Shown: positions 1 through 9,155 of the stretch, in pieces
Layout of the letters: each line of letters starts with the position of its first letter
How positions within the stretch are numbered: position 1 is the first letter of the stretch
NCBI GenBank assembly: GCA_040400605.1
Contig: JBBAPZ010000012.1
Coordinates: 1 to 57,263, forward strand
Direction: 5' to 3'
DNA from: Candidatus Sericytochromatia bacterium
Lineage (GTDB): Bacteria > Cyanobacteriota > Sericytochromatia > S15B-MN24 > JAQBPE01
Length of the DNA stretch: 57,263 nucleotides
Made by a program: the position numbers and the translations under genes
Notes under the pieces: generated by a model
The model's database searches: none
What the model saw: the letters and a program-made list of their open reading frames with translations, nothing else
Told to the model about the DNA's origin: nothing

Positions 1-316
1 CATCTTCAGACAAAGCACCTGGGGGGATGGTCGCTGTGAGCAAACCATCCGGGCTCACGTATACACCACCTTTTTCCGCGGAAATGAGCATCGCGGGTGC
101 AAGATCAACCGGCGCCACTTCCGCAGGCAGCACACCCTCGGTCAAAACCTGTTCCGCCCCCTGGTTTTGCACACCGGCACCAGTCGAACCAGCCAGGACT
201 GTCTTGTTTTCACTGTCGGTTTTGATGGCCAGCGGGGTTTGACAGCCGACCAACACAGCGATGGCCACACCGAGTGACACACTGCCGCCCGTACCGAGAC
301 GACGCCACTTTGTCAT
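1..316 (-). CDS. Lipoprotein of unknown function, truncated at the window edge; possible ZU5-like segment
   Basis: ATG at 316 with upstream GGAGGA. Translation MTKWRRLGTGGSVSLGVAIAVLVGC has a signal peptide and lipobox, followed later by GGVYVSPDGLLTATIPPGALSED. Frame is open to the edge and absent from the ORF track. Confidence 0.7.
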   Translation of the reverse strand, partial: MTKWRRLGTGGSVSLGVAIAVLVGCQTPLAIKTDSENKTVLAGSTGAGVQNQGAEQVLTEGVLPAEVAPVDLAPAMLISAEKGGVYVSPDGLLTATIPPGALSED

Positions 317-524
317 CAATCACTCCTCCGTCTACGATTCGTTTGCGCCAAGCTGACAGCGGGTGCACGGTTGGACGACAATGCATCCCAAGTTTAGTGT
401 ACCCAAGCGGTGCTCACTTATCAGGTTAAAAAAATTTTAAGTCATTTCCATTTGCCTGGAGGTTTGGCTCGTTTGCTCGACGATATCCGGCAAAACAAGC
501 CATCGCATTGTCCATCGGCAGCAT

Positions 525-1514
525 TCAATCGCCGCTTGACTGCTGCTGCCCGCGCTGACGCACAGCCTCATACATGAGAATGCCGCCTGCCACCGAGGCG
601 TTGAGGCTTTCCATCTGACCACCAAGAGGCAACTTGACAGTTGCGTCGCATTTCTGACGGAGCAGGTGCGCGAGACCGAAGCCTTCCGAACCGATGACAA
701 GTACCAATGGTTGTGTCAGGTCGGTGTCATACGGCAATGTGGCGTCACTGATATCTGCGCCGACCAGCCAAAATCCGGCTTTGCGCAGTTTGTCCGCACA
801 TTGCGCCAGATTGCCTACCCGAGCGACGGGCACACGTCCAACGGCGCCTGCGGCCGATTTTGCAGCGACAGGCGTAAGGCCGACCGCGCGTCGATTGGGG
901 ATGATCACCCCTTGGAACGAAGCGGCTTCAGCCGTGCGAATCAACGCACCCAAATTATGCGGATCCTCGATGCCATCCAGCATCAACAATGCCGGGTAAC
1001 GCGAGGCCAACGCACGCTCAATCAATTCGTCGACATCATGGTAAACGGCAGATGCCAACGAGACCACAATCCCTTGATGGTTGGCGTTCAGTGTCAAGGC
1101 ATCCAGTTTTGCGCGTTCGACGAGTTGCAAGGTCGCCCCCTTGGCCTTCGCCAAGGTGCGCACGGTTGTCACAAGCTCCTGATTCCGAATGCCTTTGAGC
1201 ATCCAGATTTTGTTGATTGCCTGTTCACCCTCCAAAGCCGCCAAGGAGGGGTGTCGCCCGTAGACGATATCACCCTTGCTTTCAGTGGGTTGGCTTGCTG
1301 GTGATGCACTGGATGCTCCGGCGCGCACGGAAGGAACCCGCTGCGGCCGCGCAGTGGCGGTCAGGCGATCGCCAGATGCGCGTTTGGCGCGACCCGGCTC
1401 TGATGCTTTTCCAGGCCTGCCAGCAGCCCGTGACCCCTTGGACACACCCGCCGCGGATGCGCGCTGCGCATTTTGAGGCCGCGAGCGCCCGGGGGATTTG
1501 TTCTTAAATACCAT
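525..1514 (-). CDS. rlmB: 23S rRNA (guanosine-2'-O)-methyltransferase RlmB (SpoU/TrmH family) with basic N-terminal extension
   Basis: Motifs YGRH, LDGIEDPHNLGALIRTA, VIGSEGFG, ESLNASVA. Start moved to ATG 1514, overlapping the mrnC end. Confidence 0.93.
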   Translation of the reverse strand: MVFKNKSPGRSRPQNAQRASAAGVSKGSRAAGRPGKASEPGRAKRASGDRLTATARPQRVPSVRAGASSASPASQPTESKGDIVYGRHPSLAALEGEQAINKIWMLKGIRNQELVTTVRTLAKAKGATLQLVERAKLDALTLNANHQGIVVSLASAVYHDVDELIERALASRYPALLMLDGIEDPHNLGALIRTAEAASFQGVIIPNRRAVGLTPVAAKSAAGAVGRVPVARVGNLAQCADKLRKAGFWLVGADISDATLPYDTDLTQPLVLVIGSEGFGLAHLLRQKCDATVKLPLGGQMESLNASVAGGILMYEAVRQRGQQQSSGD

Positions 1515-1908
1515 CGTTAAATTCCTCGAAAATGGTGTCACTCAACGCGAGCAACACGGCAAGTCGTTCCAGGTCTGGTTTCAGCTTGACATAGCCGAAC
1601 ACCGCTTCCAACGCCGTTCCTAACCGATAGTCCGCGATCGAGCCTCGTTGCGGACCGACTGATTTGTGATTGCGAGCCCTTTTAAAAACTTGCAATTCAT
1701 CCGTCAGCAAATGCGCTTGCAAACGATGCGCCAAGCGCGCCTGGCCCGATGCGCTGACACGGTTGACGGTTTTGCGATGCAAATCATCGACCGTTACACC
1801 ACACTCCAACATCCTGAGACGCACATGCAGTTCGTAAATTGCGTCACCGATGTAGGCAAGTGTGCGAATCGGTAAGTGAGCCGCTGGTTTGACAGGTGCC
1901 TGGTTCAT
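1504..1908 (-). CDS. mrnC: Mini-ribonuclease III
   Basis: Motifs LAYIGDAIYEL and YRLGTALEAVFGY. Lies between cysS and rlmB; ATGA overlap with the cysS stop. Confidence 0.9.
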   Translation of the reverse strand: MNQAPVKPAAHLPIRTLAYIGDAIYELHVRLRMLECGVTVDDLHRKTVNRVSASGQARLAHRLQAHLLTDELQVFKRARNHKSVGPQRGSIADYRLGTALEAVFGYVKLKPDLERLAVLLALSDTIFEEFNDGI

Positions 1909-3332
1909 TCCTGCGTGACCGGTTCCGGTTCGATGACGCGCCACGTGGTTGAACCGTCTTTATGGTCGAGCAGTTGCACGTGTAGCGCTGACAACTGCTC
2001 CCGAATGCGATCCGCCAGCGGCCAATTCTTTGCCTGTTTTGCTTCCGCCCGCAACGTGATAATGACTTGCATGAGATCGTCAGCCAAGCCATCCGTGCGC
2101 CCCTCATGCGTTTGTGGCGGCGACAGGTCAAGGCCTAAAATCTGACTGGCAAGATCCCGCATTCGTGTGACCACCTCACGGCAATCGCCAGGCGCTTCGC
2201 CACGTGCCACGCACGCTTGCTGATACTGCTTGATATGATTGGCCGTGATATTGAACTGGGCCAGTGCACCACCTGTATTCAAGTCATTGTCCATCGCCTG
2301 CGCAAACGCCGCCTCAAAGTGACTGGCTAACTCAGCAGGCGCCTTTTCACCACCAAGGCCTTGCTCCCACAATTTTGCCAATTGATTCCTCAGGTTGTTC
2401 CAGCCTTTATCCGCGGCCAGGATGCCCTGCTCAGAAAACTCCAGTTCGTTGCGGTAGCCCGTCATGAGCATAAAAACGCGCAAGGCTTGCGCCCCATAAC
2501 GTTGCAGCATGTCCCGCGTGGTCTTGATGTTGCCCAATGATTTGCTCATTTTTTCCGACTCAAAATTGAGAAAGCCCGTATGCAACCAGTAACGGGCGAA
2601 AGGCTTGCCCGTCAACGACTCGGACTGTGCGATCTCATTTTCATGATGCGGGAACAACAGGTCCATGCCGCCTGCATGAATATCAATGGTGGGCCCCAAA
2701 CATTGATGAACCATGGCAGAACACTCGATGTGCCAACCGGGCCGCCCGGGACCCCAAGGGCTTTCCCACGATGGTTCACCGGGTTTGGCTTTTTTCCATA
2801 ACGCAAAATCCTGCGCAGCCTCTTTGACTGCGCCACCGGGTATCTGCGCATCATCCAGTCGCCGGCCGGAGAGTTTGCCGTATTCGGGGAACGCACGCAC
2901 CCGAAAATAGACGTCGCCATCGACCACGTACGCAATTTGCCGATCACACAAAGCCTGAATGTGCGCAATCATCGCCTGAATCGCTAGCGTTGCCTGGGGG
3001 TAGACATCCGCCCGGTTCACGCCAAGCGCATCCATGTCCATAAAATAGGCATCCATGTACTTTTGCGCCAAAGCAGCCGTTGTGAGGCCTTCACGATGGG
3101 CCGCATCAATGATCTTGTCATCCACATCCGTAAAGTTTTGTACGTACGTGACGCTGTAACCGCGATAAACGAGATACCGCCTCACCACGTCCCACGCCAT
3201 GAAGGTCCGTGCATTGCCGATATGCAGCAACCCGTACACCGTCGGCCCACACACGTACATCGTGACCTGTGGCGGTGCGAGGGGCTTGAATACCTCCAAT
3301 TGACGGGTCAGGCTATTGTAAAAACGTAACAA
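1905..3332 (-). CDS. cysS: Cysteine--tRNA ligase
   Basis: Motifs MYVCGPTVY, HIGNAR, GRPGWHIECSAM, KMSKS. Confidence 0.98.
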   Translation of the reverse strand: MLRFYNSLTRQLEVFKPLAPPQVTMYVCGPTVYGLLHIGNARTFMAWDVVRRYLVYRGYSVTYVQNFTDVDDKIIDAAHREGLTTAALAQKYMDAYFMDMDALGVNRADVYPQATLAIQAMIAHIQALCDRQIAYVVDGDVYFRVRAFPEYGKLSGRRLDDAQIPGGAVKEAAQDFALWKKAKPGEPSWESPWGPGRPGWHIECSAMVHQCLGPTIDIHAGGMDLLFPHHENEIAQSESLTGKPFARYWLHTGFLNFESEKMSKSLGNIKTTRDMLQRYGAQALRVFMLMTGYRNELEFSEQGILAADKGWNNLRNQLAKLWEQGLGGEKAPAELASHFEAAFAQAMDNDLNTGGALAQFNITANHIKQYQQACVARGEAPGDCREVVTRMRDLASQILGLDLSPPQTHEGRTDGLADDLMQVIITLRAEAKQAKNWPLADRIREQLSALHVQLLDHKDGSTTWRVIEPEPVTQE

Positions 3333-3397
3333 AACGCTTCCTTATACTGCAATCGGGCCAGGTGACGTGCCTGGCTGTCAGGGCATACACAGGCGTC

Positions 3398-4069
3398 TCA
3401 GCGCTGCCGCAATTCGCGATTCTCTTGACGCAGCCGGTCGAGTTCCGCTTCAAGGTGTGTCAGGCGATCGTGCAAGGCACCCAGCATCCCCATGACCGGA
3501 TCCGGGAGCGGACCTTGGCGCATCCCCTCAGCCGCAGGCTCCGCTGGCCCTCTCTGCACAACCCTGGCTGGAATGCCAACCACCGTTGAGCCCGCAGGCA
3601 CCGGTTTCGTCACCACCGACCCCGCGCCAACAAATGCACTCGACCCGACCTCAATATTACCCAGGATCGAAGCGCCCGCGCCAATCACCACGTTCGAACC
3701 AATCGTCGGATGCCGCTTGACAGGCTCAAGACTCGTGCCGCCCAAGGTTACCCCTTGGTAAATCAACACGTCATTCCCAATAACGGCGGTCTCACCAATG
3801 ACCACGCCTTGGCCGTGATCAATAAAAACCCCCGCACCAAGTGTCGCCCCCGGATGAATCTCAATACCGGTCAACGCACGGGTGGCGTGTGACATCAGAC
3901 GCGGTAACACTGGCACACCCGATGTATGCAAGTGATGCGCCACACGATGGGCGGAGACCGCGTGCAGCCCCGGATAACACATCAAGACTTCGATCCAGTT
4001 GCGGGCCGCTGGGTCTTTTTTCCATATCGCTTGCACATCGCGCGCAAAGCTCGACAATAAATCGATCAT
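3398..4069 (-). CDS. cysE: Serine O-acetyltransferase
   Basis: Motifs DPAAR, YPGLHA, GIEIHPGA, FIDHG, KRHPT and hexapeptide repeats. Confidence 0.96.
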   Translation of the reverse strand: MIDLLSSFARDVQAIWKKDPAARNWIEVLMCYPGLHAVSAHRVAHHLHTSGVPVLPRLMSHATRALTGIEIHPGATLGAGVFIDHGQGVVIGETAVIGNDVLIYQGVTLGGTSLEPVKRHPTIGSNVVIGAGASILGNIEVGSSAFVGAGSVVTKPVPAGSTVVGIPARVVQRGPAEPAAEGMRQGPLPDPVMGMLGALHDRLTHLEAELDRLRQENRELRQR

Positions 4070-4082
4070 TCCTAGAAACGCC

Positions 4083-5234
4083 CTATTCTTTCCAAAGTTG
4101 TTTCAACCCATCCTTGATGTTATCCAACAATCCCCCGTGATGCTTCTCCTCGCCCGTTCGAAGCGCCTCCAGACGTTCGAGCAGTTCGCGCTCTTCCTCG
4201 CTCACCGCGGCAGGCACCGCGACGAAAATTTCGACGTGCAAATCACCACGGCGCCGCGGGTCGTTCAGATGCGGCACCCCTTGCTGTCGAACGCTAAAGA
4301 CCGTACCCGTTTGCGTCCCCGCAGGAATCTTGAGATCGTGGAACTGCGGATCATCGGATTGCACAAGCAATGGCACTTTGACATCCGCACCCAAAACGGC
4401 CTGACTGTAAGAGATCGCGAAAGAGCGGAAGAGATCCGCATCCCGACGCTGCAAAGTCTCGTCTGCAGCAACATGAATGACGATATACAAATCGCCGTGC
4501 GGGCCTCCACGGCCGCCTGCATCGCCCTTACCCGTCAACCGCAGCCTCGCCCCGTTATCGACACCTGGTGGTACCGTCACCTTGACCTGCTGGTTCACCT
4601 GATGTTTGCCCTTACCTCGACAAGTGCCGCACGGGTTCTCAATCTGCTGCCCTTCACCCTTGCACGCGGGACACGTTACCACCTGCGCAAACTGCCCAAA
4701 CGGACTCCGTGAGACTTGCTGAATTTGCCCGGCACCTTTGCATTGCGAACACGATTGGGGTTGTGTCCCTTCTTTGGCACCACTGCCCCCACACGGCTGA
4801 CATCGTTCCAGATGCGGAATATCCAGGGTTTTTTCAGTTCCGAAAATTGCTTCACGAAAACCAAGCGTGATATCCAACCGCAAATCGGCACCGCGTTCGG
4901 GACCACGACGCCGGGAACGTCCACCCTGACCGCCCCCAAAAAACGCGTCAAAAATATCGCCCAATCCGCCAAAGTCGCCGAAGCCACCATAGTCACCGCC
5001 AAAACCGCCACCCTGATTAAAACCGGCGTGACCATATTGGTCATACACCGCACGCTTTTGCGGATCATTCAGAACCTCGTAGGCCTCTGAAACCTCCTTA
5101 AACTTGCTCTCAGCGTCGGGTTCCTTGTTCACGTCTGGATGATACTTGCGTGCCATCTTACGATAAGCGCGACGAATCGCATCGTCATTGGCGCCTTTTG
5201 CAATACCCAACAATTCGTAGTAATCAGCCTTCAT
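4083..5234 (-). CDS. dnaJ: Chaperone DnaJ
   Basis: J domain with HPD, G/F-rich region and four CxxCxGxG repeats. Confidence 0.98.
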   Translation of the reverse strand: MKADYYELLGIAKGANDDAIRRAYRKMARKYHPDVNKEPDAESKFKEVSEAYEVLNDPQKRAVYDQYGHAGFNQGGGFGGDYGGFGDFGGLGDIFDAFFGGGQGGRSRRRGPERGADLRLDITLGFREAIFGTEKTLDIPHLERCQPCGGSGAKEGTQPQSCSQCKGAGQIQQVSRSPFGQFAQVVTCPACKGEGQQIENPCGTCRGKGKHQVNQQVKVTVPPGVDNGARLRLTGKGDAGGRGGPHGDLYIVIHVAADETLQRRDADLFRSFAISYSQAVLGADVKVPLLVQSDDPQFHDLKIPAGTQTGTVFSVRQQGVPHLNDPRRRGDLHVEIFVAVPAAVSEEERELLERLEALRTGEEKHHGGLLDNIKDGLKQLWKE

Positions 5235-5267
5235 GATCGCTTACCTGACTGGCATTGCCAGAAACGT

Positions 5268-5299
5268 GGGAGACTTGAACTCGAGGGCTCAAGCCTCCC
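5268..5299 (-). other. dnaK-dnaJ intergenic RNA hairpin (mRNA stabiliser or partial terminator)
   Basis: Minus strand GGGAGGCTTGAGC-CCTCGA-GTTCAAGTCTCCC forms a 13-bp stem whose G-U pairs work only on the transcribed strand. No U-tract follows. Confidence 0.6.
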
Positions 5300-5326
5300 G
5301 GAATGGTTTGAGTCGACGTCGCCGCT

Positions 5327-7222
5327 CTATTTAACCTCTTCGTAGTCGGCATCCACGATGGTGTCATCATCCGAACCGCCGGACGTGCCAGAGGTCGATT
5401 GAGTACCCGTTGCACCGCCACTGGCACCGCTTTGGTACATTGCGGAACTCATCGCATACAGTGCCGAATTCACCGCGTCGGTTTTTTCCTTGATGACGGT
5501 GAAATCCTCACCCGACATCACACTACGCAATTCCCCAATGGCTTGATTAACCTTTTCAACCGCACCGGCATCCGCTTTTTCCGCAGACTCCCGCACCGTT
5601 TTTTCCGCTGTGTAAATGGCCGCATCGGCGTTGTTACGCGCTTCAACCGCTTCGCGGCGACGCGCATCTTCACCTGCAAAGCGCTCTGCATCAGCTTTCA
5701 TGCGCTCAATTTCGTTCTTGTTCAACCCGCCGGAGTTGGTGATGGTAATCTTCTGCTCGATACCCGTCGCCTTGTCACGCGCAGACACATGCACAATGCC
5801 GTTGGCATCAATGTCGAAACTGACATCGATCTGCGGCACGCCACGCGGCGCCGGGGGGATGCCCGTCAACTGAAACTTGCCCAGACTCTTGTTGTCTGTA
5901 GCCATTTCACGTTCACCCTGCAAGACGTGAATCTCCACGGACGTCTGACCATCCGCCGCAGTCGAAAAAGTTTGGGACTTCGACGTCGGAATCGTCGTAT
6001 TGCGCTCGATAAGCTTCGTTGAAACCCCACCCAAGGTTTCGATACCGAGCGACAGCGGCGTTACATCGAGCAACAAGACGTCTTTGACTTCGCCACCCAA
6101 TACACCCGCCTGAATGGCCGCACCCAGCGCCACAGCCTCGTCAGGGTTAACCGACTTGTCCGGCTCCTTGCCCAAGAACTTGCGAATGGCATCCTGCACC
6201 GCTGGGATACGCGTCGAACCACCGACCAACAAAACCTTTTCGATGTCTTTGGGCGCCAAACCAGCATCCGACAAGGCCTGACGCACCGGTCCCATCGTCG
6301 CCTCAACCAAGTCAGCGGTCATCTCATCAAACTTGGCCCGGCTCAGGTTCAGATTCAAGTGCTTGGGACCCGACGCGTCGGCGGTGATGAACGGCAGGTT
6401 AATTTCCGTGGTCACCGTACTCGACAATTCGATTTTGGCCTTTTCAGCAGCTTCCTTGAGACGTTGCAAGGCCATCTTGTCCTGACGAAGGTCAATACCC
6501 TCCTGCTTTTTGAATTCACTGACCAACCAATCCATCACGCGATCGTCAAAATCATCGCCCCCCAGGTGGTTGTTGCCACTCGTCGCCTTGACCTCAAACA
6601 CCCCGTCACCGAGTTCCAGTACCGACACGTCAAACGTGCCACCGCCCAAATCGTAAACGATGATGGTGTGATCGTGCCCTTTGTCGGAACCGTAAGCCAA
6701 AGCAGAAGCGGTTGGCTCGTTGATGATGCGCAACACCTCCAAACCGGCGATCGTTCCCGCATCCTTCGTCGCTTGCCGCTGTTGGTCATTGAAGTACGCA
6801 GGACACGTTATAACCGCCTTGGTCACCTTTTCACCCAGATACGCTTCTGCATCCGCCTTTAGTTTCTGGAGAATGACAGCGCTGATCTGTTGCGGAGAGA
6901 ACTGCTCTGCGCCAATCTGGACGGCAGGGTTGCCTGAATTTCCCTGTACAACCTTGTATGGCACGCGCTTGCGGGCCTCTTCCGTATCCGCCCACTGACG
7001 CCCAATGAAGCGTTTGATTGAAAAAATCGTATTTTCCGGATTGGTGATCGCCTGGCGCTTAGCGACTTGACCCACAAGCCGTTCACCCGTCTTGGTGAAT
7101 CCAACAATCGAAGGTGTTGTGCGGTTACCCTCCGCATTCGCAATGACAACCGGCTTGCCGCCCTCCAGGACGCAAACGCAGCTGTTGGTTGTACCCAAGT
7201 CAATTCCAATAACTTTACTCAT
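5327..7222 (-). CDS. dnaK: Chaperone DnaK (Hsp70)
   Basis: Motifs [30 protein letters not shown] and C-terminal DADYEEVK. Start at ATG 7222. Confidence 0.99.
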   Translation of the reverse strand: MSKVIGIDLGTTNSCVCVLEGGKPVVIANAEGNRTTPSIVGFTKTGERLVGQVAKRQAITNPENTIFSIKRFIGRQWADTEEARKRVPYKVVQGNSGNPAVQIGAEQFSPQQISAVILQKLKADAEAYLGEKVTKAVITCPAYFNDQQRQATKDAGTIAGLEVLRIINEPTASALAYGSDKGHDHTIIVYDLGGGTFDVSVLELGDGVFEVKATSGNNHLGGDDFDDRVMDWLVSEFKKQEGIDLRQDKMALQRLKEAAEKAKIELSSTVTTEINLPFITADASGPKHLNLNLSRAKFDEMTADLVEATMGPVRQALSDAGLAPKDIEKVLLVGGSTRIPAVQDAIRKFLGKEPDKSVNPDEAVALGAAIQAGVLGGEVKDVLLLDVTPLSLGIETLGGVSTKLIERNTTIPTSKSQTFSTAADGQTSVEIHVLQGEREMATDNKSLGKFQLTGIPPAPRGVPQIDVSFDIDANGIVHVSARDKATGIEQKITITNSGGLNKNEIERMKADAERFAGEDARRREAVEARNNADAAIYTAEKTVRESAEKADAGAVEKVNQAIGELRSVMSGEDFTVIKEKTDAVNSALYAMSSAMYQSGASGGATGTQSTSGTSGGSDDDTIVDADYEEVK

Positions 7223-7247
7223 TTCGACCCCCTTGCCTTGATTGGTT

Positions 7248-7886
7248 TTACTCCGACGCCGAATCGGTTGTGGCCGCCTCAGCACCTGCGTTCGTCGTCT
7301 GATTGGCTATCACCCCAGACGTATTGCTCGCTACGCGCACCATCGCGTGGCGGAGCACGCGCCCGTTAAGCGTATATCCCGCGCGAAACACGTCGACGAT
7401 GGTCTGATCCGCCACGTCGTCCATCTCAACCTGCATCACCGCTTCATGCTGGTTGGGGTCAAACAGTTCCCCCTTGCAGGCCATCAGCTTGACGCCTTCT
7501 TTCGACAGCAGGTCTTCCATCTGACGATGGATCATCTGAATGCCTTTCACGACGACCTGTATGTCAGTCGCATTTTCCGCCGAAGCAAGCGCGCGATCAA
7601 AATTGTCCATGACCCCGAGCAGACGCTCAAGAATGCGCTCTCCGGCGAACTGAAGCAGCTGCTCCTTCTCAATGACTTGCCGCCTGCGGAAATTTTCAAA
7701 ATCTGCCGCCAACCGCTTGAACTGCTGCTGCAACTCCGATTCGGGCGCCACTGAGCGAACTTCTTCAGCGCCTGACGCGCCCTCGAATACTTCTTCAGCC
7801 CCGGTTTCATCCGTGACAACTTCTGTTGTCCCGTCCCCTGCCTGATCCGTGCTGTTCTCAGCTTGCTCAATCACATCTTCTGTCAA
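7248..7886 (-). CDS. grpE: Nucleotide exchange factor GrpE
   Basis: Motifs [33 protein letters not shown]. Confidence 0.97.
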   Translation of the reverse strand: MTEDVIEQAENSTDQAGDGTTEVVTDETGAEEVFEGASGAEEVRSVAPESELQQQFKRLAADFENFRRRQVIEKEQLLQFAGERILERLLGVMDNFDRALASAENATDIQVVVKGIQMIHRQMEDLLSKEGVKLMACKGELFDPNQHEAVMQVEMDDVADQTIVDVFRAGYTLNGRVLRHAMVRVASNTSGVIANQTTNAGAEAATTDSASE

Positions 7887-7949
7887 AGCCGCTGTCCCTT
7901 CTTGATCAATTTAAATCTGAAGACTCTTCTATGGGAATTTTAACACGTT

Positions 7950-9047
7950 TTAAAATCCGGGGCGCCGACTGATGAGTGTTCCCGACGGTTGGCCGAATAA
8001 TCGGGTCAAGGAACGGCTCAAACGATCCGCCACTGCCTCCACCGCCAGCATGGCGCGCCAATAACCGAGGCGGGTGGGGCCAATGACGCCGATTTCACCG
8101 ACGGCCTGGTCGCCGATGTAGTATGGCGCGGTAATCACGCTGCAGTCTTGAAGCTCGGGCAGGGGGTTTTCTCGACCGATGGCAACCGTCACGCTGCAAC
8201 TCCCGCCAAGCGATCGCCTGGGCAAGACCCCTTGCGCCATCAGCATCAACACCTCGGCCAAGGTGGCTTCGCGTTCCAGCAAATTCAACAAACTACGAAT
8301 GCGCTGCGCCTCAACGAACTCGGGTTGCTCAATCAGATGACTGACACTGCTGACCAAAACCCGCGCCTCAGAATGCTTCAGCACCTGAAATTTTTGCCAA
8401 ATCCCGCGAATTGTCGATTCGTATGAGGCCACTTCATCAATCAAGTTCACCAACAACTGGTCAGTCACCTGATCCAGATAACGGCCACACAGGTGATGAT
8501 TCAAAAAGTTGGTCAATAAAGACAATTCCTCAGGCGTGACAACGCCTAGCCATTCAACGACCTGAGACAGGCTTGCGCCGTGTTGCGTGTGTACGATCAA
8601 CATCAACTCGCTCTCGCCCACGGTTAACAACTGCACATAGCCGATGCGACTGACACCCAGATTCGGACTGCGTACAATGGCTGTACAACGGGTCAAGACC
8701 GCTGTCAGTTTCGCCGCTTGCGCCAGCACATCACGAAGGCTGCTCGACGCGAAGGTAAATCGCTCCAGATGAACCCGCATCTCTTCAGTGAGACAGTCGT
8801 CTTGATCCATCAACAAGTCCACAAACACGCGATATCCGGCATCAGACGGTATCCTGCCAGCCGACGTATGGGGTTGGCGCAACAACCCCCCCTCTTCGAG
8901 ATCCGCCATTTCGTTTCGCAAGGTCGCAGGCGATAGCCCAAAATTGAAACGCTTCGATAGCACTCGCGAACCAACCGGTTCCGCGGTCTGTACGTAATCG
9001 TCGACAATCGCTTTTAAGATGGCCTGCTGACGTGAATTGAGAAACAC
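7950..9047 (-). CDS. hrcA: Heat-inducible transcription repressor HrcA
   Basis: Motifs RQQAILKAIV, EPVGS, SPATLRNEMADLE, PHTSAGRIPSD, GVIGPTR. GTG 9047 preferred because of an upstream AGGA; 9074 is an alternative start. Confidence 0.96.
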   Translation of the reverse strand: MFLNSRQQAILKAIVDDYVQTAEPVGSRVLSKRFNFGLSPATLRNEMADLEEGGLLRQPHTSAGRIPSDAGYRVFVDLLMDQDDCLTEEMRVHLERFTFASSSLRDVLAQAAKLTAVLTRCTAIVRSPNLGVSRIGYVQLLTVGESELMLIVHTQHGASLSQVVEWLGVVTPEELSLLTNFLNHHLCGRYLDQVTDQLLVNLIDEVASYESTIRGIWQKFQVLKHSEARVLVSSVSHLIEQPEFVEAQRIRSLLNLLEREATLAEVLMLMAQGVLPRRSLGGSCSVTVAIGRENPLPELQDCSVITAPYYIGDQAVGEIGVIGPTRLGYWRAMLAVEAVADRLSRSLTRLFGQPSGTLISRRPGF

Positions 9048-9075
9048 TTTGCCATTCCTGCAAACATCGCTCACA

Positions 9076-9102
9076 TTAGCACTCGCGGATGGTGAGTGCT
9101 AA
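9076..9102. promoter_or_regulatory. CIRCE operator (HrcA binding site)
   Basis: Perfect TTAGCACTC-N9-GAGTGCTAA just upstream of hrcA. Arms extend to 14 bp (9071-9084 and 9094-9107). Confidence 0.97.
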
Positions 9103-9106
9103 TGTG

Positions 9107-9136
9107 ACTGTAGGACTTTATAACCTCCATTGTCAA
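9107..9136 (-). promoter_or_regulatory. Sigma70-type promoter of the hrcA operon
   Basis: Minus strand TTGACA-N18-TACAGT immediately upstream of CIRCE. Confidence 0.75.
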
Positions 9137-9155
9137 GTGATTTTATGACAGAGGA

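Noticed and set aside
5274..5293. HAIR-like site CTTGAAC-N6-GCTCAAG before dnaJ
   Set aside because: The spacer is 6 rather than 7, and the sequence is better explained as the RNA hairpin 5268-5299.
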